NCBI GenBank assembly: GCA_977020255.1
Contig: CDROCS010001822.1
Span: 124,001 to 188,000 of the forward strand
Direction: 5' to 3'
DNA length: 64,000 nt
Source of the DNA: Obrimoposthia wandeli
Taxonomy: Eukaryota
Shown: in pieces, positions 1 through 13,834 of the stretch
How the letters are laid out: each line of letters begins with the position of its first letter
Numbering within the stretch: position 1 is the first letter of the stretch
Program-made: the position numbers and the translations under genes
Notes under the pieces: model-generated
The model's database searches: none
The model's input: the letters and a program-made list of their open reading frames with translations, nothing else
Told to the model about the DNA's origin: nothing

Positions 1-3000
1 TATATGCTTAATTAGTTATACCATTAATTACTGATTTCATTAATTTGTGCATATATTTCTTTCGTCTTCGTGCGTTATCTAGTTGAATCTCTCTCCTTCA
101 TTTCCTAACTTTTCAATAATCATTTTGACTTTGTTGTCCTTTATTTGGAATACTCCATTACTTTTGCGTGCTTCTAGTCTTTGCGGATTCTCAATTTATT
201 CGTTTATTCACAACACTATGTTTCTACTTGTTTTGGTTTTCACTAAGTCATCATTTATAACATATGTTGTATTTATGTCATGTTGATTTTTCGACGGCTT
301 GGATTTGCATTTGTGTCACAGAAAACCATTTCTTCTTGTCTCTGTTGTAATGTTTACTATGCTGTTCTTTATTCTGATATATATATATATAGTCATTTTA
401 ACATAGAACTCATTACAGGCATTTTGGTGAATGTGTGCATGTATGGTATGGTAGATGTGTATTTTTGTGTTGTATGTGTTTATGATTTGTTTGTGAAATA
501 TTATGCGCTGTATGCGTTGATCAAGTTACATTGTGTAAAGATACGCATTAATGTTTTTGCATTTAATCCTACAATAGCGTGTGAATTGTTACTGTTAGTC
601 TGTTTATTTTTTTCTATTCTTCTGCAAAGCCTAACAGTTTTGTACTAAATTAGATTGTTATTTCTACTTTAGGTTTATTTTGCTTTACGTAATATATCGC
701 TTCGTCTATTGAGAAGTTGTTGTGATCAATTATCAAATCATAAGTCCCATCGTACAATCTCCTTTTTCATATATTAATACTTTGTTATTATTTAGTTCGC
801 TTCCAATGGAGAAAATCAGCTTTGGTAGGTGTTCTCTTATTTCAGATTACTGTTTTCCTGATGAAAGAACGATCTCTTGTTTATGTGTTTTAAGATTAGT
901 TTTGAGACGTTTATATCTCTTACATGACTTTTATACGTTAGGTAAAATTTCTGGTCTTTTAATTTGGCTGATTGACAATAACCTTGTTATAGTTAAGGAT
1001 TATAATTCTTTTTCATCTGGTCTTCCGGATTGTTACACAATTGCTGTTCTCTTGCTGTTCGATCTGATTCTTAAAAATTTGTACCAGGAAATTAAGATTT
1101 GGGTTAACTATACTTCTAGGTTTTTGTAAATATTTTAACACTTTCACCAATTCATGTCTTGATGACCTTCTAAATATGGCATGACCACTTCGGGTGACCG
1201 TGGTATTCCTTCGTAACAATGACCAAGGAATTTCCCTTTGTTCTATATTTTCATTCTCTTCAAATTCTCAATTTCATTGTTTTTTACTTTAATTGTTGTA
1301 CAGTTTAATTCCCTAAATTCAGTTTCATGTGGACATGTTACATTTATAACGTATGTTACTCCTAGGGTTAATAACTTTAATTCGTTTATAGCGTCTTTTT
1401 AATTGCCTATATATAGTTAATTTTTCAGAATTTCTGTCTCGAATCCTATAATAGGTTTTTTGGTTACCTTTTTTAGATGCATCTATTTTTTACTATAAAT
1501 TTTAACGGATTTAGAAATTTTTCACTGATGGGGTTGTACTCATTTTAACTTAAATATCGCAACACACATCTAGAGACTACATATGATAAAAATACAAAAA
1601 ACTACAATAACAAATCAATGGGAGAAAATAATTATCTAGTATTTCTATGTGCGTATTTCTACAATATTTAGAACTGATTTTACAATCGATAATATGAGTG
1701 CCATTGAGAATGATGTGGAGATTACTATCTTTATTAGATTCTGTAACTTGGTGTCTGTGTTGTGTATATTACTTAAAATTCTTGATATACTTTTCTGAAC
1801 ATTCATGTTCTACCAGAGCTTAGATATAGCTCTTGCGATTCCATTAATGTATACATACTATGAAGCCAGTATTCATTAACTTTTCCCCATTTTCTTTCGA
1901 TTTTGTATTCTGCATAATTTGAATATGTCTCTTTTGTACCTCGGTTTAGGAACTGACTTCTGATTCTTCGATTAATTTGGGTGAACTCGCTGCACTCTGT
2001 ATCGTACTGTCAATCCGAAATGGCCAAACTACTGGATTTTCTATTCCATGTGTCAATTTGTTCTCATTTACTGCTCTATTTTCTGATTCATACAGTGCTA
2101 TTTCAGATATATCGCTCTCTGAGCTCGTATTCATGATGTCTTTCCCGTTGGTCGTTGATATTACCTGATTTTCCGGTGTCTATCGATATGCTGTATCGTG
2201 CATTCGCGATTAGCAACATTTGGTGTGCTTTTCCGATTACCGTCGAAAAATGAAATACATAATATGGTTAATACATCGTTATTGGTGGAATCACTAATTT
2301 ATGCGCTGGTGTTTGCGACTGATTGTCAATTTTTAATAAATAAAATGATGATATCTTCATAATTGGAATGGTTTTCTCAAGATACGGCAGCTATTATGCC
2401 TACCTCGTTTTTTATAATTAAATGCTGTTCGTATTATAATAATTAATCATCTGATCATACTTACTTTTCCATTATTCTTTTTTTAGAAAGCTATTTTATT
2501 TATACTTATTATTCACTTTTATTTCTACATTAGCTATTTAGCTATTTATTAGCTGTTTAAAGTGTTGTTTCATCGAGGCTGCGTACTGATTTCTTCGTAT
2601 CAGCTACATTATTTGATAATGTTATGTCGACGTTTTCGCTTGTTAATTTACATTCATTGGATATTCACTGTTTGTCCATCAAAGAACTTTACCTTTTGAC
2701 ATAAAATTTTGTTTTTAGTTATATTAATTAAGTGTACTTTTATTAATGTTACTTTGTCGAAAATGTTCGTTAATGTTGCGATAATGTTTTGATGTCCACT
2801 TAGCATTAGTTTAGGTGCACCATGTTATACTTGTTTCTCAATTGCATCAAGTTCATCTGCCCGTAAAGTTTGATAAAGTATACTGGTTTTATCGTCTAGA
2901 GTTTCCTCGTCTAAATCATATTAGTTGTCATAATGGCTTGCTGATTCTGGTAGGTAAAACTGTTATTTGGTACAGTTAAATTTAATGTCATACGTAACCT

Positions 3001-3170
3001 TATTTGTATTTTAGTTAAATTAAATAAATCTTGATCTACGGTTACTTTTGTAAGGTTTTTGTTTGTAAATCTCAAAGCGAATTTGGGTCCCAACATAAAC
3101 TAACTGATTTCGATAATTCCAGTTATATTTTTAATATAATTGTTAGATATATATTTTTGGGCATTAACAA
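1..3170 (-). mobile_element. Decayed relative of the giant Ty3/gypsy element (post-integrase region: Ig/IPT-like repeats, phosphatase, pseudophosphatase)
   Basis: Minus-strand translations with stops and frameshifts match the intact element. IKVHLINITKNKILCQKVKFFDGQTV (~2650-2760) vs MRVHLIDADTEKIICQMDTKYFDGKTI. NKGKFLGHCYEGIPRSPEVVMPYL (~1170-1245) vs NQGKVLVHCQKGISRSATLVLAYL. LKYLQKPRSIVNPNLNFL (~1090-1145) vs LKYLQERRSIANPNLNFL. SIDEAIYYVKQNKPKVE (~662-712) vs TPEEAMVYIKQNRPNTE. Confidence 0.85.
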
Positions 3171-3339
3171 CAGTTTTGTTTGAGAATTGTTAAGTTGTAA
3201 TAATAATAATCTGTGCGGATCAAAAAATGTGGTCACTGGAAACTACTATCTTTTATACAGAAACTATAGTAGCATCGATAATTTTGCCCACATTGTCAAT
3301 TCGTCAGCCACACACAATCAGGAGCACAATCAATTTCCT

Positions 3340-3430
3340 ACCGTCACCTCCCTTTTTTCATTATTATCTCTGGCTTTGCGGGAAGCTCTACCTCGAAGTC
3401 AAAGATAATAAGCCATCCCACTGAAGAGCC
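3340..3430 (+). mobile_element. Short fragment homologous to the putative Penelope-like 3' end at 10650-10740
   Basis: cattattatctctgg...gaagtcaaagataataagccatcccactgaagagcc aligns with cattattatttctg...gaagtcagagataacaagccatacaactgaagagcc. Confidence 0.45.
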
Positions 3431-5411
3431 ACTTCATAAATAATTTTTTATTTGATAAAATTTTGAATATTATTCTATTTTTACTTTAAAGATTTCATTA
3501 TATAATTCCCTTGATCATTCATGTCAATATGAATTTTAAAAATATCGATCAGATTAAAATTTTATATAAACATTGTTTTTCATAATTTACTAAATGTAGT
3601 TTTAATTTATATATTTTTTTAAATTTCAACAGCAGATTTTAAAGAGCAGTGATTATAAAATAATAAATTAATCTTATATATTATGAAAGCTTTTGTAAAG
3701 TTTTATTACAAAACAAACAAACTTGCCTTCAAATAACTAAGTCCTTATAAAGTTTACAAAAAGTTATTTTTTTCCAATTTCTAAATATCAATATTACGTG
3801 TACTACAAATTTGAAAGATCATTTTACTGAAGTTTTAAATAGTGTTTCGTTAAAATTTAAGAAACACTTAGATTTGTTAAACTCAATATATAAAATATTA
3901 TACTGCAATTTGTTTGAATATTTAAATTTTAAATTTTATATTTTTTAAATTTTAAACATTTTATAAATTGTCACTTAAATTAATAACCTTATTAAATTGC
4001 ATTTTATAATGACTGAATTTATTACTAAAATTTTAATTTAACATAAATACTTGAAGTTCAATTCTTGAACCTAAATATTAAATAATTGTGTTATAAAGTT
4101 TTAAAATATGTAATTATATAAGTTCATAGGTTATTTAGTAAATTACATTTAATTTTTTTAAATACATTGCAGACATTAGTTAAAATATACCTTTAAATTC
4201 AGACGAATTATAAATTGTTTCATTTAATCGTATATTACTTTTAAAACTTTTTAAGGGTACCAATCAAACATAGTTTTTTCTATTAAGCATATATTTGTAT
4301 ATGTCAAAAATAATATTCTAATTATTATAATATTTAACCATTTTAATGGTTAAGTAGACTTTATTTTTATATCGTTTTCAGAGAAGTGTATAACAGGGAC
4401 TGAACCAGAAAAACCCAAAATCTAATTGAATATTTAATTTTTTGATAACTGAAAAATGAATAATCTCTTTTATATTGATGAAATAAGTTTTAACATAGTC
4501 AGTTGGATAAATGGTTTATTAAACTTTAGGCTTGTGAAGCTGAGTTTAACAAAATAATTGTATGATGGTTTTCTCATTTTTATAATTTAAACTAATCTAT
4601 TATAATTCACCAAATTAAAATGTAGTAAATTTAGGGATGTCTATTAGTAATGGTTTATTGTTACATTTCGTTAATTTCCCCCTATAGTCCCTTACTAAAT
4701 TCATTATAATCAGTTTCTTTTAGATACATTTTCGAAAAACAATGTAATTTGCAGGATCATTATACCCTAAAATGATCTAAATTATAAATTCAATTTAAAA
4801 TCTACAAAAAATATAATAAGTTTTACAAAGATTTACAAACCCAATTTCACCAAGTTCACAAAAATTTTAGAACTTCCGATTTTAGAAAATCTGATATAAT
4901 AATTTGGCATTTTATAAAATATGTATTTTAGGGATTTTAATTCTTTTTTTATTATAAAATGAATAACTTTTTTTGTTAGTTTTATCACCTTTAAGATAGT
5001 TGATAATACTTGATTTATTAACACTGTGGTAAATGCATTCAAAATGTTTTATTAAAAAGTTACCAAGTTACCAAGAAACAAATAAATAAAATACCATGTA
5101 TTAAATTTGATTGATAATACAAAAAAGAAAACTATATCTGAAAATACATCAATGTTTAATAATAAAAAATGCTCATGTGTTGCAAAAAGCTTTGGTGAAA
5201 ATTAATGAATAAATGCAAATTTGTTACAAAAAATTTATAAAAGAAGATTTCATATAAATTCTTAAACATGAATGACAATAAATTTAGCAAAAATATTCAT
5301 ATGCTGATTTGTTACTGAAAATTATAATTTATTTGTCCCATTTACAATCATTTATAATTGTAATTAGGTCGTTTTTTTTTAGTTTTTGTTTATTTTATTT
5401 TTTGATTGATA

Positions 5412-5906
5412 ATGACCTCTAATACTGGAAGAATTTTACTTCAACGGTGTACAAAAGTGAAACTTACGAATAATGTAGGTGGAAGTGAATATTCAGTCGA
5501 AATTAATAACGGTTTGATGGCTTACATAGCCTTTTTAAGAGGAGCTTCGGAAAATACTGTTGAAAAAATGGTCCAGTCAATTTTATTTACCAGACTTTTT
5601 ACGAAGGATGGGGAGAAGGGTAACGTGGATATTGGAACACTGCCTGGTGATTTATTAATAATTCCTCATTTTTGTCTCGGAGGAAAGCTGAAGGGCAAAC
5701 AATTCCAATATCATGATGTGGTGGACAGGGAGACTGCGAATAAATTGTTTGAATGTCTAGTGAATGATTGCAGAACGAAACTGTCTGAGAATACGGAATG
5801 GAGCGAGTACAAGTGCAGAGTAGAGTCGGGAAAGTACGGTGCGCAGCAAAATCTGAATGCAGTTATGGAGGGTCCAATGAGTCAAATAATTGAAATATCA
5901 GATTGA
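5412..5906 (+). CDS. DTD2: D-aminoacyl-tRNA deacylase 2 / Animalia-specific tRNA deacylase (ATD), single coding exon, 164 aa
   Basis: Colinear with human DTD2 (recalled) over the full length: RILLQRC~[19 protein letters not shown]~[37 protein letters not shown]~[35 protein letters not shown]~[20 protein letters not shown]~NGPFTHLIEF. First ATG at 5412; the ORF track starts at an upstream TTG. Confidence 0.92.
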   Translation: [164 protein letters not shown]

Positions 5907-6562
5907 GTTATTTAAAATACATATTATAGTTTTGTGTTCTTATATTTTTTTCACGAGACTCATTCTTAAATGTGCTAAGAAGTCTAACATCTAAATCATT
6001 GTCGAAAATGTCATTTTCTATATAGTTTGTTACAATTACATTCAAATTTATAGTAGGCCTAAATCTCTTAGTTGATTTTGAAGTTTGACATATGCTCATT
6101 CAGTTACGGTGAAAATAGAGCCGCGGAGACGGATGACATTTGCAAGAGAAATGCTAAAATGAGTCGTGTGCTATGGGTTTTCAGTTCAAGCGCTTAGAAG
6201 AAATAAGTATTCATCTCACAATGTATTTATTCCCAATTCCACGTAAAAAATATTCAATTGAGGATTTGTTAATAATGTTCCAAGCAATACTCAAACACAA
6301 CATTGTTTAAATGATAACAATTACTATGTCTCACAACTGCCTACGGCCACGATGGGTATGGCTATCACGGGTTTCATTGGAAGCGTAGATGCCTAAAATA
6401 TGTATAAGTGGGGATTATGGTCAGAATCTCTATTGCAATCATTTGAATTGAACTAATTTGGATATTCAATTGAATTCTCTTTGAATGATATATCTTGCAA
6501 GAATCGTGCCCTTCTTAATTGTAATTGTAAAGTGCAATAAGTAATAATTGGAGATTTTAAAA

Positions 6563-6763
6563 TCACCGGTTTCGCATTACCAGGCACATCGGGGGAGTGG
6601 CATATGTTATATACGACTTCGCAGTAGTCAACACCCGCGAAGCCGGAGGTAACAAGTAAGTAAAATCTGCGATAGAAGCCAATTTAGGAAAATATTTCTT
6701 ATCCTGAGCGAGTTTCACCAAGTATAGCTCCAGTTCCGGCTGGAATTTCTTAGTTGACAGCAT
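6563..6763 (-). mobile_element. hAT transposase C-terminal dimerisation-domain remnant
   Basis: KYFPKLASIADFTYLLPPAS-RVLTTAKSYIT resembles the hAT motif FPxLxxLAxxYLxxPAxS..ERxFSxA. Confidence 0.45.
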
Positions 6764-7019
6764 CTCCCTGCCATCATTCCCCGGTCAGCGACAATTTCTC
6801 CCTACCAGGCGCCAATATTTGTGGCCATTCTCTCCTCTCTCCTGGCCTCGCCTCTCTCTCCTTTTCTATGTGTTTCGTTACGGACACAATCTCACTCTTC
6901 TATCTTTATAATTGCAGTTAACAAACTCTACTATTTGAATGTTCAGTATTAAGTATTTCTGACAAAAAAGAAACTTAAAAATAAATACATTTTGAGACTA
7001 CGTTAACACAATTACTTCA

Positions 7020-9340
7020 TTAGCTAATTCAATGGGACAACAACAAAATAACTGTGATTCTATTGTCCATACGAAGAGATTTACAAAGAGAGTTCGACTT
7101 TGAGAAACAAACATATCCATTTGACCATCTGTTTCCAATTATAGCAAATGTAAGTTCTTAACTTCATAATATGCATCCAAGTCAATGATATCACAGCTTC
7201 TGAATTTCTCACTTTCTTACATTAATATCTTCGATGGTATCGATCTCTTGGTTATTGTAGGACATTTTAACTCAAACCATAATTGTTGGTACAAAAACAA
7301 TGTTAACAAAGATGAGCTGACTGATGCTTTTATTAAAGATAGGATAAGAATCGAAAAACTGAAGGAACAGATTGTATTAAAACCTCAGATGCCAAAAGAA
7401 ACAGTAGATACATTGGCAAAGGTTTATAGCGAAACCCGAGATTGCACAAGTCCAAAATAGATATGCTAATACATTAAAAATAGAATACAACCATCCTCAT
7501 GTATCAAACAATACGAAGAAACACTCAGTACCAGTACCAATATATCATGAAGAAAGAAGATATGCCACCGAAGAAATAAAAGACACATTAAAAGGGTGCA
7601 TAAAACCAAAATAATAGGAGACAAATGGATAGATTTTCTTTAAAACAAATAGCTAAAATGATATAAAACTTAACCAAGGAACTACCTGTTACACAAAATA
7701 AAGAACTCCCCCAGGAGCATGTTTTTGTTGAAGTGAAAAAGGTCATTTCCGAAACATATGTCCTCTTAATCAAAAATGTTTAATTTGCAGAAAAGAATGT
7801 CACAATTTTAAATATGTATATGAAGAATGATGTATAAAAATATGTATATGAAGAATGATGAACGCGAATGGAGTATAATGACGATTACTGATGTATATGT
7901 TGAAATGCTGTTGGATTCCAGAGCATCAGTTAATGTAATGAGTAAGAAACGTTGGAAGAAAGTAGGATGTCACAAAAGGATAGAGAGTAGTTTGGAGTTT
8001 TTTCAAATAGTTATCAACAAACTTTGGATAGGTTTAATACTAAAGTGTTGTGGAATGAAAAGGTGATTTTTGTAATTGAAATAACCATTGTAAAGGAAAT
8101 TAAATCAGATTTTATTAGGGAATCGATACAATGAAAACATTCGGGATAAAGCTGCATGAAGTATGTAATTTGGATTCGTCTTACAAGATGAAAATTATTT
8201 TCTCGAAAGAAAGAACAAATAAAATATGTAATTCTTTAAAATGCGATAGAGACTCAATTCTAGGACATTATATTTAGAAGTTTGCAAAAATATTTTGGTG
8301 TTCTAAATTTGATTTAGGATATACCAAAATTGTATCCCTTAAAATTGAGATTATTGCCGATCTAATTTGTCAAAATCCTAGATGACAACCAATGAATTTA
8401 AAAAAACAAGTTGAAGAAGTGATTGAAAATTTACTCAAAGTAAACGTACTTAGGCATTGTGAAAGTCCTTGGAATTCACCATTAGTCATTGTAAAGAAAC
8501 TAGACAATACAATTTGAATGTGTGCTGACTAAAGACAATTAAATTTTGAAACCAATAAGTTTAAATTTCCAATACTGGGTGCACAACTTTTGTTCGATTG
8601 TCTTGGTGATGCAAAAATACTTACGACAGTTATTATTGGACAAGCTTATTACCAGGTAGATCTAGAGAATGAGTCTCAGATAAATACTGCCTTCGTACAA
8701 AACTGGGACAATTTTCTTTCTATCGGTAGCCATTTTGGTTGACTACATCACCGGCAACATTCCAGAACCTGATACAAAAAGTATTGAATGGTTTGCTGTT
8801 TATAGGAACAATTGTATATCTGGATTATATCCTTGTTTATAGTAGCAACCAAGAAGAATATAATAAATTATTAAGGTAAATATTCAAAAGAATTCACAGC
8901 CGTATGCCTCAAAATAAACCCTAATAGATGATGCATTGGTCAGAAACAGTTAAAATGCTTAGGTCATACCATAATAGAAAGCGGAATACATACAAATCAG
9001 TTGAAAGTCAATTAAATGATAAATATCAAAGAAACAGATTGAAGTGGAAAACGAAAATCATTCCTAGAAATGACAAACTATTATCGGCGATTCATTAAAG
9101 ATTACGCCAAAATATCAGCTCCACTTTATGCAGCGCGTTTAGGAGATAAGAAGTTAATACAAAGGGCATCAGATTATGACACAAGTTTTGCAATCCACAA
9201 AGAAAAATAAACAACGGCTCCCATATTAGACTTTCTCGTGCGAAATAGAAAATTTATAATTGATATAGACAGAAATATCCTACCAAGAGTATTTGCTGAT
9301 AAATATCCTGTGTACATGAATAAATCTTGTGTATGTAGAA
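7020..9340 (+). mobile_element. Heavily decayed Ty3/gypsy gag-pol relic
   Basis: Broken motifs in order: gag-like LTDAFIKDRIRIEKLKEQ; CCHC remnant ACFC*SEKGHFRNIC (~7715-7760); protease LLDSRASVNVMS (~7910); RT PWNSPLVIVKK, YYQVDL...TAF and IVYLDYILVYS (~8460-8845); RNase H-like APILDF...FIIDID (~9215-9270). Confidence 0.8.
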
Positions 9341-9482
9341 TCTGACTCTTTTGAATTTTTTCTACAATGGAGAACATAACTTAATAAAAAAATTAAAAAA
9401 AGATTTTTTACATATTAAATTATAATACTTAAAATAAACTTTTATTTATAATATTTTTAACCAAATAAATATGTTTAAGTTA

Positions 9483-10292
9483 GGGTTTTATTGTGTTCTT
9501 TAGTTAGAATACTGATTTATTTTGAGCTCCCACGGAAATGCTTTGGGATAGTATATTATTTTACTAATATCTATCTATATGTCATATTTCAATCAATTCT
9601 GAACGTCCAAGTTTGAAGCCTTCAACTTGTGACTTAGTAATGATAAGTTTACGAATATTTGTTATAAATACTGATGAATCTATTTTATATATACATTTTA
9701 GGGAATTCAATTTTTTTAAATGAATAGCATATTATTGTTTAGAAAACAATTTTGAAAAGTATTTCAATAATATTGGTAAAAATTTATGATTGTATTTCTA
9801 ATTTCCAATCAATATAATTGGGGGAAAATTGATGGTTACTATTCAATTTTTTTCCCTCTGAAATACTTATTTTTGGCAGCACTTATTATAGTGCCGCCCT
9901 TTCGACACATATACGTACAAATCAGTACAAGGGTCGGTAAATTCACTGAATCGCCGAAGTAATTTCACAAAATTTATAAATTGTTATCAGCACAAACACA
10001 TGCACTAGAGAAACAACACACACGAGAAAAAATCACACTGTTATCGATCCCTTTCATAAAATCTCATGTATATTTATGGGTTTTATTGTGTTCTTTAGTT
10101 AAAATACTGATTTATTTTGAGCTCGCACGGAAATGCCTTGGGATAGTATATTATTTTACTAATATCTATCTATATGTCACATTTCAATCAATTCTGAACG
10201 TCCAAGTTTGAAGCCTTCAACTTGTGACTTAGTAATGATAAGTTTACGAATATTTGTTATAAATACTGATTAATCTCTTTTATATACATTTT
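9483..10292. repeat. Direct repeat of about 215 bp (9483-9698 and 10078-10292)
   Basis: Both copies read gggttttattgtgttctttagtta...ctgaacgtccaagtttgaagccttcaacttgtgacttag...tatacattt with few substitutions. Confidence 0.9.
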
Positions 10293-10299
10293 TAATGTA

Positions 10300-10790
10300 A
10301 ATAATGTTGCAATGTGTCATGGTCTGTAATTCAGTTTGTGCCTGTATGTGGAGAGATTTTTAGTCGGGAACTAGCGGTAACGATTGTTGCAGTAATACAT
10401 ATTGCTGACGTATGGATACTAAAACTAGTCCCGCTACGATTGCGTATTTTCTTGCAAACGATGCCGATCAGTACACAGTCGATGTGATTGCCACCAGATG
10501 GACTAGTGTTGGACTAGTTTTGCGGTTTACTTCTTCTGGTCGTGGGCTTTCATGGATGGTTCGAGAATCAAATATATTTAATCCCACCTCGATCCCAGTT
10601 CTAAGTGAGTGAAAAGGGGCACTCGATCTGTGATAGAGACTCCCTCTGATTTTCTTTCCTGTGCCATTATTATTTCTGTATTTGCGTAATCTCTACTGTG
10701 AAGTCAGAGATAACAAGCCATACAACTGAAGAGCCCGGCAGGGCAAAACAATTAAAAAACTGTTGATGGTTGAAAACTAAAACTGCCATA
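10300..10790 (+). mobile_element. Putative decayed Penelope-like element 3' end (GIY-YIG remnant plus degenerate minimal hammerhead)
   Basis: CTGAAGA-GCCC-GGCA-GGGC-AAAAC-AATT at 10726-10753 matches the hammerhead core CUGANGA-stemII-GAAAC with a G>A change. The upstream sequence weakly resembles a frameshifted GIY-YIG domain. Confidence 0.4.
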
Positions 10791-12343
10791 GTGTATTTAA
10801 ATTAAAAAATACTTGATGGATTTATACTGTTTACAAAGGTAAGTAAATTTTAAAATTCGTATTTCTGAAATTAATATAAATGCCGTAAGTTCATAAATCG
10901 CTCTTGATTCTGTCTTGTATTATTGATTTTAATTTAACTCTTTGAAAAGTGTTGTTATTTTGAAAATAAGAAAATACTTGTGAAAGATGATACAAAATTT
11001 CATGTCATCTCTCCAACCGGGATTATGTTTTAAATTTACCCTGTCTGATATGTAATTATTTAGAAAAAAATATTTCTTTAATTTATCATTATTTGTTTTA
11101 ATTGTATCTGCAAATCTGTGATTAATATTTTGCTACTGTGTTTAATTTTGTATTACTTCGTTCATCACATGTTTAAAATTAAATCGAAAATATAATATTG
11201 ATAACGAATATGTTGAGGAATGATAACGTCTGTCTATAATAATTTTTGTAGCTTGACAATAACTCCATTTTTATTTTCCCTGTTAGTATTTGTCGCATCA
11301 CAAAAATTATCTTTATTGACCGTGTTAATTGATACAAAATTAAAAATTTAGCAATGTGATTATAAATTGTTTCGACCTTGACATTTGGTAAGCTTAGTTC
11401 TGTCAGATATACTTCTTTATTAATATTTTTGAATACAATAACTTCTTTCTATCCATTTATATTTTTCCACATCAAAGTTGTAACACACTGTGTTTTTTTA
11501 AAGATTTTGTTTAATTATTTCTTTGAAATCAGCAGCTTTTCGATACCTTGCCCTGTGAATGGCAGATAGTGATGGTTCCTAAATATTATTTCTTTCATTT
11601 TTTAATATTTAAAAAATTTTTGATGATTTTTTTTGTTTATAGTTAAGATACAGCAATTAATTTTACCACTAAATCAGTTTTAAGATTTTAATATTTTTTA
11701 ATTTCTTAAAGAAAATTATCAAAATAAAAATAAAACTCAACATTTGTACAAAGCCAAATATTAAAAAATACCATACACCTAATATATATATATATGTATA
11801 CAGATAATATATTCAACAGATAATAATTACAAATATTTATTTTATTATCTATCTAAGTGGAAATTGTATATTATTTTGTCAAGAAAAATTAATCGATTCT
11901 TAACTATAATTTGAATACCTTCATACAATTTTATACATTTAATCTCACATAATCTCCAGGACGGTAAATGTAACCAATTTTTTAAACTTTATTTGTTCAT
12001 TTCTGGACGTTAACATTCGTGGTGGTTTGAAACGTTTTCATCTGCAAAACTTCAGTATCATAATTTGCTGGAATTTAGGTAGCCCATAGGATTCAGGTAC
12101 AATTCTCGATATATGGTGTTTAAACTAAGAATGTTAAGATAAGGATATCGGAATAGGTAAGTGTATAATCGAAATACATGTCATATAGATAACTTGAGGA
12201 ACAGGTATACAAAGTCAGCAAAGAATATCAATAAGAATATATCGTATGGATTTTAGTCTAGTGATGTCATGCCTGGTGTGTAGTTCAGATGACTGATCTG
12301 AAATCTGGAACCTACTCTCTGATGAGATCTATTCTGGTTTAGG

Positions 12344-13571
12344 TGTTAGATTAGGAAAAATGAAGTTAAATAAATAATAAAAGTATTTATAATAATAAAT
12401 AACCTTCTCAATTGAAGATAAATTTAAAAAATGATAATAATAATAATTAAATAAATATTTTTCATTACAAAACTATTTAATTGAGACCTTGGTGAGGTTA
12501 TAGAAATGTGTTTCTAAGTTAAGCAAATATTGAGAAAAAAGCTGTGGAAGAAATTATAGTTAGGTGAAGATATCAAAATTAGGCCGAACGTGGCGATGGG
12601 GTGACATTCTCACAATCATTAATCATCGACAGCCGGCCCTGCGAGGGTGAAAACAGTAATCACATAGATTGTGATTATCACCAAAGTTGTAATTGTCAAT
12701 TTTACAGAAGTTATAGCTGATAGTCACCCAAACAACAGGCAATCAAGCCAGAATTGAATTGGTGATTGCTGCGGGTCGTATGGGGTTCGCATCGCGACAA
12801 TACCCGTTCTCCTGATTTAATCACCGAATCGGACAAATAATCGAACTCCGACCGATTACGCACATGCCGCACTTCACCAATTATCCGGCCTCGAGATTTC
12901 TGCAGACATCACTGTAAGTATATAAGGCGATCCTTAGCCGATTTACGCGTTAAAAAATTAGGAGCACAATTGTTAGGAACATGATATTAGGTAATAGTGA
13001 TCGAGACACTCAGTGGACGGAATTGAACTACCGATCATACGGAGATAAATTCAAATAGATGGACTCAGTATCCAGGGAACTTAGATTCTAGCGAGACCAG
13101 TTTGGAGTTTAAGACGTTCAAGACCAATTTAAATATTTTTGGATGGAGAGGCAGCAACCGCGAAGCGACAACAAGATAAAGAATCGGCTAATTGGAATAT
13201 TCTGGACGAAGGATAAAGAATTGGTGGGCGAAAGCTTTTGTAATTCAGAAATAGTAATTTGTTGTAGTCATAGATTACGTTTGTAATTTGGAAAATAATA
13301 ATTGTTATAGTAATTTGGAAAAGAGTAATTGGAAAAGAGTACTCAGAAAATACATTTGAACTTCTAAGATTGAATAAAGATAATTTAAGAAGTTGAATAA
13401 ATATAAAACTAATATAGAATGTAACCCTACGTTAGTAAGAAGTTTAGCTAGCACCATAGCTTGTACAACAATAAGTTACACCTGTGGTTAAAATAAATAT
13501 AGTTTTGAGGTACAAACTGCGAATTTAACATTTTGTATTGATCCCCTTTTTGAGCGCCAAATTAGAACAAC
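12344..13571 (+). mobile_element. Probable solo LTR of another family
   Basis: Starts TGTTAGATTAGG, similar to the other LTRs in the window. Has a TATA-like gtatataagg (~12918) and AATAAA signals at ~13373-13498. Flanked by TAGG on both sides (12340-12343, 13572-13575), but the right end reads ...GAACAAC rather than ...CA. Confidence 0.4.
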
Positions 13572-13834
13572 TAGGAGATCCACAAATCGAGAGTTAACCA
13601 AAGAGACGGTAACCTAAGCTCTTATACATTAAGAGAATTATCGGCGACGTCGATTGAATCCAGTTTATTTTGGTTTTTTCTGGTATTGGTTTTGCAGACC
13701 ATTTTTAAAATTAAAATCCAATTTGGCCTAGTCGGTTTTTTAAATGAGTCCTACACAGCATAACAATAGTTTTTGGGACCCTCACGTTATATTGAATACA
13801 GACTCTTTGAAACAGCACAAACAACCTTCAGAGA

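Noticed and set aside
83-1129. Plus-strand hydrophobic ORFs (83-286, 280-648, 722-1129)
   Set aside because: Antisense shadows of the minus-strand retroelement relic.
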